A stretch of 64,000 nt of DNA from Botryllus schlosseri. Its lineage: Eukaryota. Every line of letters begins with the position of its first letter. The first letter of the stretch is position 1. The notes beneath the pieces were generated by a model. The model had not been told where the DNA came from. It saw only the letters and a list, made by a program, of their open reading frames with translations, and ran no database searches. The stretch is from the NCBI GenBank assembly GCA_051294905.1, contig CM119371.1, positions 33,358,001 to 33,422,000 on the forward strand. The letters are read 5' to 3'. This document shows, in pieces, positions 24,658 through 38,281 of this stretch. The position numbers were made by a program, and so were the translations under genes.

Positions 24658-25503
24658 CAGGGTGGGCAACCTTTTTGTTATTCACGGCCGCATTTCGATT
24701 ACTCATGTATAGCCCGCGGCTGCATTCCGGTGCATAGTGGTGATAAACAAACTGGGGCCAAATATCCACGTCAAACTCCCCATGTCCATTGCTGGTACAC
24801 TCCGGACAAATCTATTTACGCATATCGGCTTACTATGGGCACCGATACCGTGAATATAGTCATGTTATGAAGAGCTACAGTGATACGCACTGTAGTCGCG
24901 CGAAGCGCGAAAATTGTTTCATGTTTTTGAGTGAATTTCATATTAGTATAGTTTCACATATTACTATCAAATATTCATCCTTTCTCCGCCCATGTGATCA
25001 GATTCACCGGTGGAGTTTATGCAGGGGTGTGTGCAAAAACTTAGAGAACTGCTGGGGTGCATCTTTGGGTAGGCCAATTCTCATTAGTCCCCAATGTTGC
25101 ATGCAGTTATTTCTTGACCTCCCATTAGAATTGTCGTTATATTGGAAATATATTGGATTCGCCCAAACGCAGGCCTACCAGAAAAAAAAAATTCGGGATG
25201 AGTAGAACACGATTCAAAATTGGTATTTCTTTATGGGTCGCATCATTTTCTCCACTGTTCGCATCTGTACTGTGGGACTCAGACTACAAAGGACACTGCT
25301 GTAGTAAAATCAAAAATCAACTCGCATAGAAGCGCACATAGTGCGAATAAAATTTCAAGAATAATTCAAACCTCACATTAATTAGGGAGTCAATTCGTAA
25401 ATTCAATTTGCATAATATTGACAGCCACCAACACATCCTAATTGCATTGAGTAGTGCCGGCCGCATAATTTTTCTTCTACTGCCGCAGATTGGCCGCCCC
25501 AGG
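24658..25503. mobile_element. MITE of the same family as 19176-21513, within a copy-A-specific block (24404-25879)
   Basis: cagggtgggcaacctttttgttattcacggccgc start and colinear body. Degenerate right TIR. Confidence 0.7.
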
Positions 25504-27486
25504 ATTAAAGAATCGATGTTGGGGTTAGTTGTAGACACGGTACGACGATAGCCTATTTGCTGGAAAACTATCTCCTCGTAAAGCACGATTTATTGGAGAG
25601 TCCGAAATCGTTTATCAAGCCTCCCGGTCTTGGCAGTTGTGGGCCATTGCACGCCAAGGCAATATGCCCATTCATATAAGCAATTTATTCCTCCATATAA
25701 TGATATTACCGTGCCGAATCGCAGGAATAGTGATATTGGGCAGAGTAGAATGGCTTATTTTGAACAACAACAACAATATGTTTAAACTGAAATCAATTTC
25801 GGCATTTCGAAATGGCTTTCTGACCGTTCTTCAAATATTTCCCCAAATCAGGCCGCGGGCCGCACAATATGACCTCGTGCTTGATAGTTGAAGGAAATCG
25901 AACGAGCAAAACTAGTGCCAACGTGCCAAACTCGAAATTCTGGTGCCAACTATCGTGAAAATGTGCCAATATTCTTAAATTTGGCCCCGATATGCGCCAA
26001 TTTGCAACACTGGATACTTCGCAACGACACACTAAGGAGCAGTATTAACAGAAAGTGTTCGTGCTTGCTGGCTCACGCAGAAACAGCTGATATTTGATTA
26101 ATTATGATGTAACAACAGCGGTGTATCCATTGAGAATAAACGACCGTCAATGACCGGATGCTACGAGGTTGGTAGAGTTCATAAACAAGTGAAATAGGTG
26201 TAATAGGAGGTAAATTTGCGGGACTTGAAATTCATTTCAGGTATCGCAGGCTGGAATGGGTCAAGTATTGAGCCACTTTTCTATCATCGTCGATCTCACA
26301 TAAATTGAACTGAGCAATAAAGCAAGCACATATTGAATCATTATTTGACTGAAAGTTCTATCGTTTTCGCCCCCTATCGCCCCCGTGTCCGTTTTCGCCC
26401 CCATCGTTATTTTCGCACGCTGGATCACGAAATCGCCCCCTGGGAGGCGGTATCGCCCACGCTAGGTCCCACTGCCATGAACCATATATTCCTTAATTGC
26501 GATTGTGCTATTTTCCCAATGCAAAATACCCCACATACCAAATTACCTGGAAAGCTGGATGAGCCTTACTAACAGGACCGTGTAGCAGCACTTTGTCAGC
26601 CACCGGAAACGTTGGTTCCCCTCATAGGGCGATAAACCGAAGTATTCCTTTAGTGGCATATAATTTTTCTCCACGGGGTAGCAGTTGTCCTGTCGGGTTT
26701 AGATCGCCAGAAAGGGAACATTCAACGCCAACCGTTGATGCGCATATGGACCATTGAACGTATATGTATAGTATATATATTGAAGTTTTCGGCGGTGAGA
26801 ACAAGGGCATTCCTTTTCGGCCAAGGTCGTCTATCTGCTGATCGTTCTGGCACACTTCTCGGAGTCGCATGTTACATGGCCTATAACTTCATATGTGTCG
26901 GTGCGTCGTGGCGCAGTAATCTCCGGTTACGGTCCTGACTCCAATATAGCCGTTTTAACGCGCCATCGCCCCTATCGCCCCCGTCGTTCGTTTTCGCCCC
27001 CAGCCCTATCGCCCCCTAGACCGCCAAATCGCCCACGTTGGGAACCACTGCATTGAGACATATGCCATAAAACCTTGACCTAAAATGACCGTTGCTAGTT
27101 GGTCAAAGTCTTAGATATTGATATGCCCGGTTTAGAAATGGTCGGCACCGAATATATCGTCTCGTCCCGGTACTACAAAATTGGCCAAAAGAGAAAAATA
27201 TTGCATACCGATTTTAAGTTGCGCACGCTATACATGTTTCACATAGCTGCGACTTGGTGTCCGCGCCTTTGTATTCCATGCATGCCAGTAAATACGTAAC
27301 ACACTGACATTAAATGCAATCATGTGGAGGCGTGAGGCTGGGGTCACGAGAGATTTGAGGCGGTCCAGAAAGTTTGAGAACCCGAGTCATACGAGGAGAC
27401 GGTGTCTTGTGACGTCACAATAAACCCGCAGCGGTGACGTCATAGTCACATCAGAACGCACTTTACTCCATGTCGCCGATGTACGT

Positions 27487-27900
27487 CAGAGATGAGCATG
27501 GATTAGGATTAGGTTTTGAAAAAACAGGATTTGTGAAATTTTGCGGATTTGGATTAGACACTTTTTTCAGAACGGATTAGGATTTGCATTGGATTTACCT
27601 ATTTTCTGGCAGATTGAAATGTCGTGTGGCGAATGGCGGCAAACTTTATTCAGATCAGTTATTAATATACTTAAGGTTACTAAGTTATCTTAAATCAAGT
27701 GAATCGTTGATTGTGAAAGAAAATTTTCGAATACTCCCATTGCATAAATTGATATTTTTTCTGAATTTCCAGTTGGAATCGGATTAGGATTGGACATGGA
27801 CTTGAATATGAAAAGTTATGGATTAGTAGTTCGATTTGGATTTGAAGGTTCGGATTTGGACTGGAGTAGTACATAGAAATTTCAAATCCACTCATCTCTG
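27487..27900. mobile_element. hAT-type MITE (TIR CAGAGATGAG, GGATTA/GGATTT repeats); copy at 57644-58058
   Basis: TIRs present. Copy B has a perfect TSD gtgtacgt. Confidence 0.85.
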
Positions 27901-27939
27901 GTATGTACGTACAGTAGGGATATCTAGATATGATCCTGT

Positions 27940-29180
27940 TTCAGGAAATAGACCACCCCACATGTTAGCGTAAGGATTGTGTATTTCCACTCATGTAAAA
28001 ACCCTGATATACGGGTGCCAATATACACCCATGGCACACGAAACAAGAGCCTAACTCACACTCGAGTACAGCATTCTATTCCAAATGATGCATTCGCGTA
28101 CGTGCTTAGGAAGGTATGCACGTAGGCACGTAGGATTTATGACCGTGATGTAATTCTGTGTAAGGTTCTGTCTCCGGCCCTTTGGATGTGAATACGCTAA
28201 GAGTGTAGTTTTATGGATTTAAAAACGAACGAAGTTAAATTTAGATAGTAAAGTCAATCTCATCATCAAAATACTGGCACAGTGGGAACTTTTTTTATCG
28301 AGTACAACTGATATTGACGCGCCTGGAGTCATGGCTTGAATCGATTACCATTTTCTGAAAGACCTGACTTGAATCCATTGAATCCAATTCACTCCACTGA
28401 AATGAATTAACTTGACTTGAATTCGACGCATGCATATTATTGAATGATTCATGACTTGAGCGCGAATTTTTAATAAGTCTTTCAAGTCAACAACTATTCA
28501 GCCTCGCAAAACCTCTCGATCAATAGGCATTCTATAATCCTTTATTCACTGGATTCGACTTCCGTTTACGTTTTGGATGTGGTAAGTTCGATCAGCATGT
28601 AGCGACATCTCATATAAAGGAAACGACATCGGTATGCTAGGAAAAGCCACAAAAATAACTGTTTTCACAGGCACTAAAATATCATTAAATCCAAGACTAA
28701 ATATATTCAATCAGATGGATGAGAAGGGAAGTTTTTCTATCTTGACAATTTCTAAGAAATCTGATTACGATTTAATATTTTCTCAACAAAAGTTTCTCTT
28801 TCACATAAACATGTAATCGGCTTTGCCTCTTTAGCATAAAGCTTGCATCCATCCTGCATTGTTTTCTTAATGAACATTACTTTCACGGAATTATGCCACT
28901 TTTGATAGCGCATAACTTATTTTCAGCATAATCATTCCATTATACGCATAGAAGAGTATATTACAGCAGACCATATTCATTTAGTCACCGAGTGACGTAT
29001 TATACTACCACGGAAGGATCCAGGTTAAAACCAATCATACCTGACTATCGAAACATAAACTTCTCAACCTCTCTCATACTGGTAGACTTATGGTTAGCTA
29101 TCAAGGTTACAAAATATTGCAAAGACTAGTGAATTAGACAGCGAATACAAGCCGCGCACAATATGTGCAATATTGTCCAC
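27940..29180 (-). pseudogene. Decayed membrane-protein (7TM-like) relic (copy ~58100-59105)
   Basis: Copy B reads IAHIVRGLYSLSNSLVFGIFCNL (TM1 GxxGN-like). Nucleotide homology with 22540-23520. Confidence 0.35.
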
Positions 29181-29870
29181 ACCGACTTGCACAAATTACT
29201 GGATTTCCAAAAAGCGCAACTACAATTACTACTACAACTAATCAATTTTGGAAACTAGCAACTAGAATTAAATAAAGAATTAGGCCTACTCACTTTTCAA
29301 ACTACGCAATCATACTAGGACTAGAACTAATCTCCTTTCGAAGCCCGTAGCTAGAACTAGATCTAGCTAGAACTAACGACCTTGCAAAATTAATAGACCG
29401 CAGAATATTGAGCAAAATTTTGACTTGACCCTCGAACCTATTTACTGCTTCTCATTCTCTGAAAAATAATTAAGTTTACTAAGAAACACATTGATTTTTA
29501 TTTTATCGGTAATATTATACGCAGAATCGTCATTTCAAGAGGAAGTGTTTCGAGTTTGAAATAGGAGAGATTTCGACCCCCAAACCTCACCCGTTGGCTA
29601 CGCCACTGTTAGCAGTGATGGCTTTGAGCGACCAATGGCTGCATAAACATCATTCAACAGAACGCCGGTATCTCGAATCGCGCAAAACAACAACACGTGT
29701 ATTCTTGTTATCCGGCAACTAATATTTCTTCAAATGTGAAACCAGAACTAGATCTATAGAACTACTCTTTTTTCAAAATTCGAAACTAGAACTAGAACTA
29801 GAAGTACTCAAAACACCGTTAGTTATAGTTGAACGGCAACAAACTAAATGAGTAGTGTGTACTCTGATTC
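29181..29870. mobile_element. Degenerate MITE-like element with (AGAACT)n subterminal arrays
   Basis: ACTAGA/AGAACT hexamer runs at 29210-29380 and 29740-29830. Inverted relative at ~37600-37792. Confidence 0.5.
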
Positions 29871-31049
29871 AACAGTTTAACCATGACTTAACCCTCCACT
29901 CCAGTAGTCATATAAAAAAATGAACAAATACGAATCCAGGCTGCTTCCTAAATTAAATTCGAGTAGATTTCATAGTCGAAATACCGGTACGCTATATGAT
30001 CTTTTTTTTCTAGCGACACATGATATTGACATGATTTTTGATAAATAATGTTCTGTCAAATTTTACACTGGTTTCTGAAGATTATCCCTGGCGCGTGTGC
30101 CATTATGTGTATGGTAATTTTAGAAGATATCAGGCAAAATGGCAATGTTTCATCACAGGATACGTATCAGAATACAATTAGCACACTTTCCCGATTCCAT
30201 AAATAAGATTCTATAATCGTAATCGCGCTATCTTCCCAATGTAAAATATACCGCAGAGCAAGCTATCTGGAAAGCAGGATTAGCCTAACTAATGCTGACT
30301 ATGAGCTTCCCATAATACTCACGTTCAGATAGACTACCGATATCGTCGCTAATACCGTTAACATGCATAGCGAGCTTTTTCATCGATTTCGCAAGTCCCG
30401 CGACGATGCATGAAAAAGACCGAAGCCGGATGTAATTTAATGCTAAACCCCCACGCACGAATCGCGTGAACGCGCTGCGCGTATACAGCTGTGAAAATGC
30501 TGATAAATCAATGGCCAGTTTCCTTAACACTGAATACTATTAAAAGTGATCTACGTGTGGCGATCAACCATTTTTAAAGTGATCTCTTTATATTGTGTTG
30601 TGCCTACAATTGTTGCAACTTACTTTTATTCCCAAGTATATGACCAGAGATTCATATTAAAATCGAAAATGTACTTTGGACTTTGTCCTGATTGCCTTTA
30701 AATTAACATTGCAAACAGTATATATATAAATTCAATAGCATAAACATTAAATATCCAACCGTTTTCCCTTGACATACTAAATCACATGATCCAACATGCA
30801 CTCATTGGTTATTATTTCAGCTCTACTAAAATAACTATAATTTATAATGTAACGTTTCAGATCTGTACTTTGCTGTACATAGGCTACTGCTACTAGAAAC
30901 AGTGCATTAAATAATGCTCGGAGATCGGGCTACCAACATTGTCTACACAAGCGGGAATCAGTAGATAAAATCTTATGTAGGTGATAATTGAGTCGACAAT
31001 ACCCTGATCTCAATCAAAACAGTTTCAAAGTAATATTCATAGAATGTAC

Positions 31050-32120
31050 AATGTACAAGATGGATAGTAGTGTCTCGATGATTTCATATCATCGCATGTC
31101 ATAGTGAGGTATTTGAAAGCCAACGTCGTCTTCTAGAAACTCCTTTGTACCAATATTCAAACGAACGTTTTAGCAGTGAATTTCACATCCAACGCCGGCG
31201 ACTTCCACGCCATAACCGAGTCTGCAAAAAGTAGCTAGTATGGGAAACTTCATACATGCTCAAAATTGGTCAGTATCAGAACGCAGACATTCAGGAAAGA
31301 CACATTATAACAGTGCTTTTTAACCTTTTTGGATACCGGTGCGCCCTTTGTTTTTGAAAATGAATCTCATTCGCCCACATCAATCAAAAATTGTTATACT
31401 TTGCCCAATGTCTTGGGAAATCAGCTCCAACATGATCACGGAGAGTATCATTGGAGCTCGCTACCTATGATACGTTTCTCAGAATTGTGTTGTGTTTTTA
31501 TTTTTCAATTTACCATTTTCTGTCTCGCGAGTTAATGGGAAGAGCAAAGATCTCCTTCACTTGAAACGTAACAACAGTTCAAAAACCTTCAATAACCAAC
31601 AACCAGATTCTTGGACCACGATAAAAATCAGAGAGTTTGTGACATCTCGCGACCCGATCTTCACACATGAAAAAGAATGCATCATTGATATTCTAGGAGT
31701 ATGCCACGATTTCAAGGACATGCATGACATAGGCTACTGAACGTACATACCACAATAGTACGCAACACGAAACATGTCCGACGCACGCGATTTGAAATAG
31801 GAATGACTTAATTCTTCTGCTCGTCGCATTTGTACTACTGTCGGGACTATTAGGTGCAGACTGCCGACAACGGAGCGCATCCATATCGAAAGGTTTCAGC
31901 CATCCAGCGACGGTCATTTTTCGACGAGGTTTTGTCGCCGCTGTTGCTTTTGGCACCGCCTTTTATCAGTATGTTGGCCAAACTTTACATTTTCAAGTGC
32001 CCCGACAATCCGACTTAGAAGGGTTTGGCCTCGAAATGAATGTGTCTCGCGCTCGTTGCACACACCTACACTGGTTCATCTCAACGGTCTTCGACCACGT
32101 CTTTCAGAAAACCATTCCTA
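31050..32120 (+). pseudogene. Decayed membrane-protein (7TM/GPCR-like) relic (copy ~60980-61990)
   Basis: 31451 reads LELATYDTFLRIVLCFYFSIYHFLSRELMGRAKI. Copy B at 61691 reads KHV*RTRFQMGVI*IPLLVAFVLLSTQIARTGLFGA...WSFLAELLSPLMLLAPYFISGMLAKLYIFRCP. Confidence 0.45.
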
Positions 32121-32962
32121 CAAATCCTATCATGAATTCAAAGCAAAGGTCACAGATTCTCATGAGCAAGCCATATTTTTTGCGTGTCTCGCTTATTAGA
32201 TATAGCATGCAACAACAGTGACCCTGGATATGTAAACACCATCGCCGGATTTTTTGCAATAAATTCAACAAATACTACATACATATCAATAGATAGTCCT
32301 GGCAACGTGTCGAACTAACATCATATACTCTTTGCGGCCAATACCTTAATAACCATTAAAGGGGAGAGAATTTGCGCTGCAGTAACTTGCAAATGTGAGT
32401 CTGTAATGTTGGTACTAATCAATGAGCTCATACATTGTTGTTCAAACGTTATTCGACTCAGCTAGATTGACAGTCATATATACAACAATTTCATGGGGTT
32501 GGCAGCAGTGGCGTAGCAGCAGGTGCGGCCGCCCATGGCTTTTGTTGAAAATGCCGCCCCATAAGCACACCGCAGCAAATTTCGACATGATAGTTTCCTG
32601 TTCAAGCACCCTTTCCAATCAAAATAACTACAAATAATATACCGCGTATCAGAAGCTCTATATTGCTTGAGAAAGAAGCCCATCTTAGCGTTTATAAGGC
32701 CAAAAACAATAATGACAAGAAATGGAGAACGAATGTATTAGTCCAGGGGCGGCCAACCCGTCACCCGCGAGAAGATTTTGAGTGGCTGGCGAAATAATTC
32801 GCGAAATTAACTGTAATATTAAATAATAAATATTCCATGTAATTTATTACTGTTATATATATCTTCTGCTATAGGCGCAACAAAGTATGTAATTTACTGT
32901 GAATTTGCAAGGTCCACCAAAAGTTTGATAAGCTTTACCGCGAAATTTGGGTTGGTAATGAC

Positions 32963-34251
32963 TAGAGCCCGACCGATATTGGATTTCTGAGCCGATACCG
33001 ATAAGACCGATATCCAGTACCTCCACCGATAACACCGATATATTCAGCCGATATTCAAAAGATATGGAATCTAGCTCAAGGCCCATATTTAACACCTTGG
33101 GGCATTTATTTCAACAACTTTACAGCCATTGATATGCTTGAACATGAAAAAAATGATCTAGGGGCTATAAAAATATATCAAATGCACCAATCCAGCAGTT
33201 GCAGATTACAGTTCATGAAGCACAATTTCTCGGCCCTTTCTCCAAGGAGTGAACTTCTGTGGTCTTCCATAAATGATGTATATAGTACTAAACACAGTGA
33301 GCAGTCTTTCACTTGGTACCATAGTTAGTGGCACAGCAAGAATTGGAAATCTTTCTTCATTTCGGTTCCACCGCTCCCTTGCAGGGGATCTTTCCTTCAA
33401 TGGTTTCACCAAATATTGATATTAATATTGATATTCTTCTGGCAGTGCACCTGGAACCTTCAGTACATCATTAACAAATAGCTGAAGAGAATATGCAAAA
33501 CAACTCAAATTGTCCACGTCTGCAACTGCTCCACCCATCCCCCTTGGGCCTTGAACATGACCAGCACTTCAACAATCAATTGATCAATATTTTACGCTCT
33601 TCTGTCAGAATTGGCCAATGTCATCATGGAATAAATAATTTTCGTATCAATTATTGGCTTTACTCCACGTTTGCTTGATTTTCTTGACCTCTATGCTCGC
33701 ATATTTCCTATCATGGTGGCCCCGCAGCCGGCCGCAGGCCTCAGTCAGACGACTTCATACAACACTGGTATAATTAGCTCTGTTGGTACCGAACCAATAG
33801 CACTATCTTCAGAAAAATGTTTCGACGCGACGCTTTCCTCTATCCTCACGAGGGTCAGTCCAGCATGATTGAAGTTCTCATTTCTCTTATTGATCGAACT
33901 CTTCTGCAGACAACTATCCATCCAGCTGCTCTCTGTCTTTGGTGATCGATTACTACAGGGGGATTCCCATGAAGTCAGTGGGGCATAACGGTGGTTAGTT
34001 ATCTATAATATTTTTCAGATAGGCACGCTTACTACCCTGTATGCAGTATGCACTACATGCAGCTTGGCCATTTATTTTTATAATTTACCGTCCTCACGTC
34101 TCCAATCGACTTCTCTGACTCCCTGCCACCATGTTGTGACGTCACGAAAATGGCCGATATTTTTTTACCTTCAATGGCCGATACCGATATTTCTCGCCAA
34201 GCGTGATATCGACTCGATATTATCGGCGAGCCGATAATCGGTCGGGCTCTA
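32963..34251 (-). mobile_element. Internally deleted hAT element with a third transposase relic
   Basis: 15-bp TIR TAGAGCCCGACCGAT. Perfect TSD GTAATGAC. CCGATA repeats. Minus strand ~33180-33400 reads WNRNEERFPILAVPLTMVPSERL and, frameshifted, EDHRSSLLGERAEKLCFMNCNL. Confidence 0.92.
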
Positions 34252-34815
34252 GTAATGACTTGAGCATCATTTCCGACGCAATGGCGTAGCCAGGGGCCAG
34301 CCAGATTTTTCATAAGATCTTCGTATATGATCATAAAGTAGAATATTTCGTGGTAGATTTATTTGACTCGATATTTTTATTAGCACTTAGCGCGATTTAT
34401 TGTCACTCAAATTCTTGCTTATAGTACTCCCTCCTTAAAATTCACCGAATTGAGTCTGACAATACTCGCAATTATGAGAGAACGTGTCGTCCAACATCCG
34501 ATTTCGCATCTGCATTTGTAGAAAGATGATACGTGATGATGAAACATTCGTACAAAATTAGACGCCTCTACGCCGGAATCTACGATATTTATATGCCTAA
34601 GCGCCGAATATTCCTGTCTTGTCAAATGAGCCCAGCGGCATACAAAGGCGACCCGCAATATATGCAAGTGGCATAGGTATTGGCCGAACTCATTCATTAT
34701 AACTTAGAAAAATGTTAGCGCTTGGCGCGGTTAGTTCACGAGCGCACTATGCACGCTGACTTTTCACGACATAATTGTTATCGATTTTGATGCCTAGTAA
34801 TATACGTCTTGTTTC

Positions 34816-35373
34816 CAGGGTTGTAATGACTCGAGTCAGACTCGAGTCACGATTTTCTGATGACTGGACTTGACTCGAGTCATTTTCTAAAAATACGGAA
34901 ATCACTTGACTCGATTCGAGTCAATCTGTGTATTGACTCGACTTGGACTCGAGTCATTGCGCATGACTCGAACCAAGTCATATGACTTGAGACCAAGACG
35001 GCCAAGACCGATATTTCATTGTGATTTCGAAGAATAGTAAAGAAACCACCCTATCGGGTCGGGACTTCGACTATTGGTACTGGTACTTAAAAAGGCGACC
35101 AGAAACTGATAAAAGTGAGGAAAATTAGTATATTACAAACGCGAACCAGTCGATATCACCAAACAGAGTTATAAAAGTGGGTTTAACAAGACTTTAACTG
35201 GAAACTAAGCAGTCAACACGATGACTTGGACTCGGACTCGAGTCACAATACCATGAGTCGGACTCGAATACCGGGTCGATGACTTGGACTCGGTGGTGAA
35301 TTGAAAATGACTCGACTTGACTCGTGTCAAAACTATAAAAGTGAGATTGACTTGTGACTCGGTTACAACCCTG
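34816..35373. mobile_element. MITE of the CAGGGTTGTAA/GACTCGAGTC family
   Basis: TIRs cagggttgtaa/ttacaaccctg. TSD cttgtttc/ctagtttc. Confidence 0.88.
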
Positions 35374-35914
35374 CTAGTTTCCGTATAGTCCGGCTCGCTC
35401 CAATCGAACGACTCAAGAAAGGTCATGAAAATTCAACATCCAAGTGGCCTGCTCAATGATTCCCAAATCTCATGTGGCCCTTTGACCGAAAAGGTTGACG
35501 CCATGTATTGGACAAATAAAAAAAATCAATAGCCGCCTCAAAACTGAACTCTTCGGGCTTTCAGCGGAACGAAATCAGCGACAATATTCTAAAAATCAAG
35601 TTTTTGAACGTAGTCCATTTCTATAAAAAGAATGGATATAGGTGATAGCCGATCCTCATTCATGGTATAACGTAAATAAGACTTTATCAGTTTGAGCTTT
35701 GAGAAGCTCCTCTCAGAGCTCGCAATTGAAACACAAACGGTCAGACACAAATGCTGTCGAATCAAGTACGCGTGATCTAACTAACCACCGTAAAACATCG
35801 AACGCTGTTGCATTACGATCAAAAGTGGTTTCACTGCTCCGCACCAGCCTCTTAAATATGTCAATTTCTTCATCTAACTCTAATTTAACAATAGAATACT
35901 GTTTTTAACAGAAG

Positions 35915-36300
35915 TCTATTGTTGTTGTTCTTAGTATTGTACATATGATGTTCGGCTACAATGGCCTTTTACACCAGGTCTTAAGAGTCTGACAAAGCCA
36001 TTAGAGTCACAACTGTCTGCCGGTGAGGATAACGAATTCAGCCACTGGTAGTAAAATACGTGGATCTGATAACAGCATTGTGAGCTGAAACGGTATGCCT
36101 GGATTCGCCGCTGTCGTCTTCCAGTGATTACGGTGGGTCGAATAGCGTTGGCAATGAATTGAAAAGTGTTCGACCGTCTCGTCGACGTATCGCATAAACC
36201 CATCTCGTGACATACAATTCTGCGAAGGTGCCAGTGGATTTTATAGTGGCCCGTTTGCAATCTTATCAGAATTGATGAGATTGTTCGTGAGGATATGCTG
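35915..36300 (-). mobile_element. 5'-truncated non-LTR retrotransposon 3' end (I-group-like ORF2 C-terminus)
   Basis: LIRLQTGHYKIHWHLRRI then, frameshifted, DETVEHFSIHCQRYSTHR...FVILTGRQL* (TGH + CCHC-type region). Short (AAC)n tail at ~35919-35929. Confidence 0.75.
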
Positions 36301-36933
36301 CAGCTTGGCATGATTGGCCATACAGTGGTGACCCGCAATATATGTGAGTGATATTAGTATCGGCCGAACCAATGTAAAACATCGAGCGCTGCTGCATTAC
36401 GATCAAAAGTGGTTTCACTGCTCCGCACCAGCCTCCTAAAATATGTCAATTTCTCCATCTAACTCCAATTAAACAACAGAATACTGTTCATAATCGAAAG
36501 CTATTGTTTCCTCTTTGATTCCGGCTGGTCGGGACAACGGAACGACCGCGAAATAGCTGTCTAAGTTTGAACATCGGCATTGTTCCGAATATTCGCTCGA
36601 TATAATTTCCATGATCATGGTCAATTTGGTCATCGTGTTGCGGCGCTCCGATTATTCGGAACAATCGGTCTTGATGGCTGTTTCGGATTGGTCCAATTGC
36701 CATGCTCACATTTTAATTTGTGTTTTCGGAATCAGTGCGACACTATAGCTTTTGATTTAGACCAGTTGATTAAATTTGAGGTCTCGAGTCGCCATGCAGC
36801 TATAGGACTACAAATTATACGCTGCTTTTAGCCGGCTGTGTACTCTGTGCACTGTGCAGTAGGGGTCTTCAAAATGACTTCTTTTCTCTATTTGTACTGG
36901 CTACTTGATAAAATTGTGAGGTTAGCTAATTTA

Positions 36934-37449
36934 GGCCTACACGCCAAATTACAACCAGTATAGCCTCAATTCCAACCAGTATAGCCTCATTGCTACAGGA
37001 GAAATAAGTTTCTATTTATCACATAAAAATAAATACCAATATAATTGAAAATTATCTGTTCGCTCCATCAAAGTGTTAGGTTGTCTACAGAAACGATGTT
37101 CACCAAATTTGGTTCAAACCCAAGTCGTGGAAGTGGAGTTATTGCAGTCGCAAAATTTGGATTTGAATAAAATAGTAAATTAGTAATAATAAATATTTAA
37201 AGAATTGGTCACCGTAAATACTATTTTATTCATAATCCAAATTCTTCGACGGCCATAACTCCGCTTCCACTGGTTGGAATTGAACCAAACTTGGTGAACA
37301 TCGTTTCTATAGACAGCCTAACACTTTCATGGGGTGAACAGAAATTTTCAAATGTTTTGGTATTTACTTGTATATAGTAAATAGAAACTTTCTTCTCTTG
37401 TAGCAATGCGTCTACTGGTTGGAATTGAGCCAAAGTTGGTGTGTAGGCT
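36934..37449. repeat. Long imperfect inverted repeat (foldback element), ~240-bp arms
   Basis: For example, gaaacgatgttcaccaaatttggttcaa (~37091) pairs with ttgaaccaaacttggtgaacatcgtttc (~37280). Ends ggcctacac/gtgtaggct. Confidence 0.85.
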
Positions 37450-37998
37450 TGCATTGGGTACGGTTCTCAACATTAAATGACTTGGGAACCCCTGTGGCCG
37501 AGCTGGGCAATTATTTTTCTGAGAATAACAAGCAGAAATACGTTGAAGGATAAGTCAAAAGTTGGCACTATATGTAGTGTATGAATTCTAAAATGATGTT
37601 AGTCTGAGTTTTAGTTCTAGTAGCGGATTTTGAAAAGTGAGTAGTTCTAGTTTAAGTTGCGGATTTTAAGAAGTTGTTAGTTCTAGTTTTAGTTTTAGTT
37701 ATCGTTCCGGGATTGAAAAATAATGAGTAGCTCTAGTTCTAGTTCTAGTTCTAGTTGTCCTTTTTGCATATCGAGTAGTTTGTATAAGTCTGAGCATGAG
37801 TCAGGGTTGTATCCAAATCACAAGGCTTCGAGTCACAAGTAAATCTCATTGATACAGTGTTGAATCGCGTCATTTTCAATTCGACACCGAGTCAAGTCAG
37901 GGTGCAGAGGGTCAAGTCCGAGTCATAGTCTTATGATTCGAGTCCGAGTCTGTGTCATTGTGTTGACTGCTCAGTTTCCTGTTGAAGTCTTGTTATAC

Positions 37999-38281
37999 TA
38001 GGGTTACCATACGTCCTCTTTTAAGAAGATTTGTCCTCTATTTTGAATTTTTTGAAAGTGTCCTCGGAGGACGCCCTTTTGTCCTTTTTTTGAGTCAACC
38101 ACCTGACAATGTGGAGGAAAATCTGTATTTTGGGCGTTGAGCGAGTAAGTTGACTTTTTTTGGTCAACCGACCTCAAAGTAGAAAAAATTTGCCATTTTT
38201 TGAGAATTCACCTCCGGATTTGCAAGTCTGAAAATTCTGAATAAGTGTCCTTTTCAGATTTTCAAAAATGTTGTAACGCTA
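37999..38281. mobile_element. hAT Blackjack-like MITE nested in an inverted CAGGGTTGTA-family MITE (37802-~40624)
   Basis: TIR tagggttaccat with an imperfect right end. Perfect TSD TGTTATAC. Confidence 0.8.

Larger units (their letters stand above)
8983..32658 (+). repeat. Segmental duplication copy A
   Basis: Colinear with 38468-62507. The ORF track repeats almost identically (offset 29468, then ~27925). Confidence 0.95.

Noticed and set aside
27500..27870. GGATTA/TTAGG runs as interstitial telomere
   Set aside because: Short, irregular and confined within a TIR/TSD-bounded MITE.
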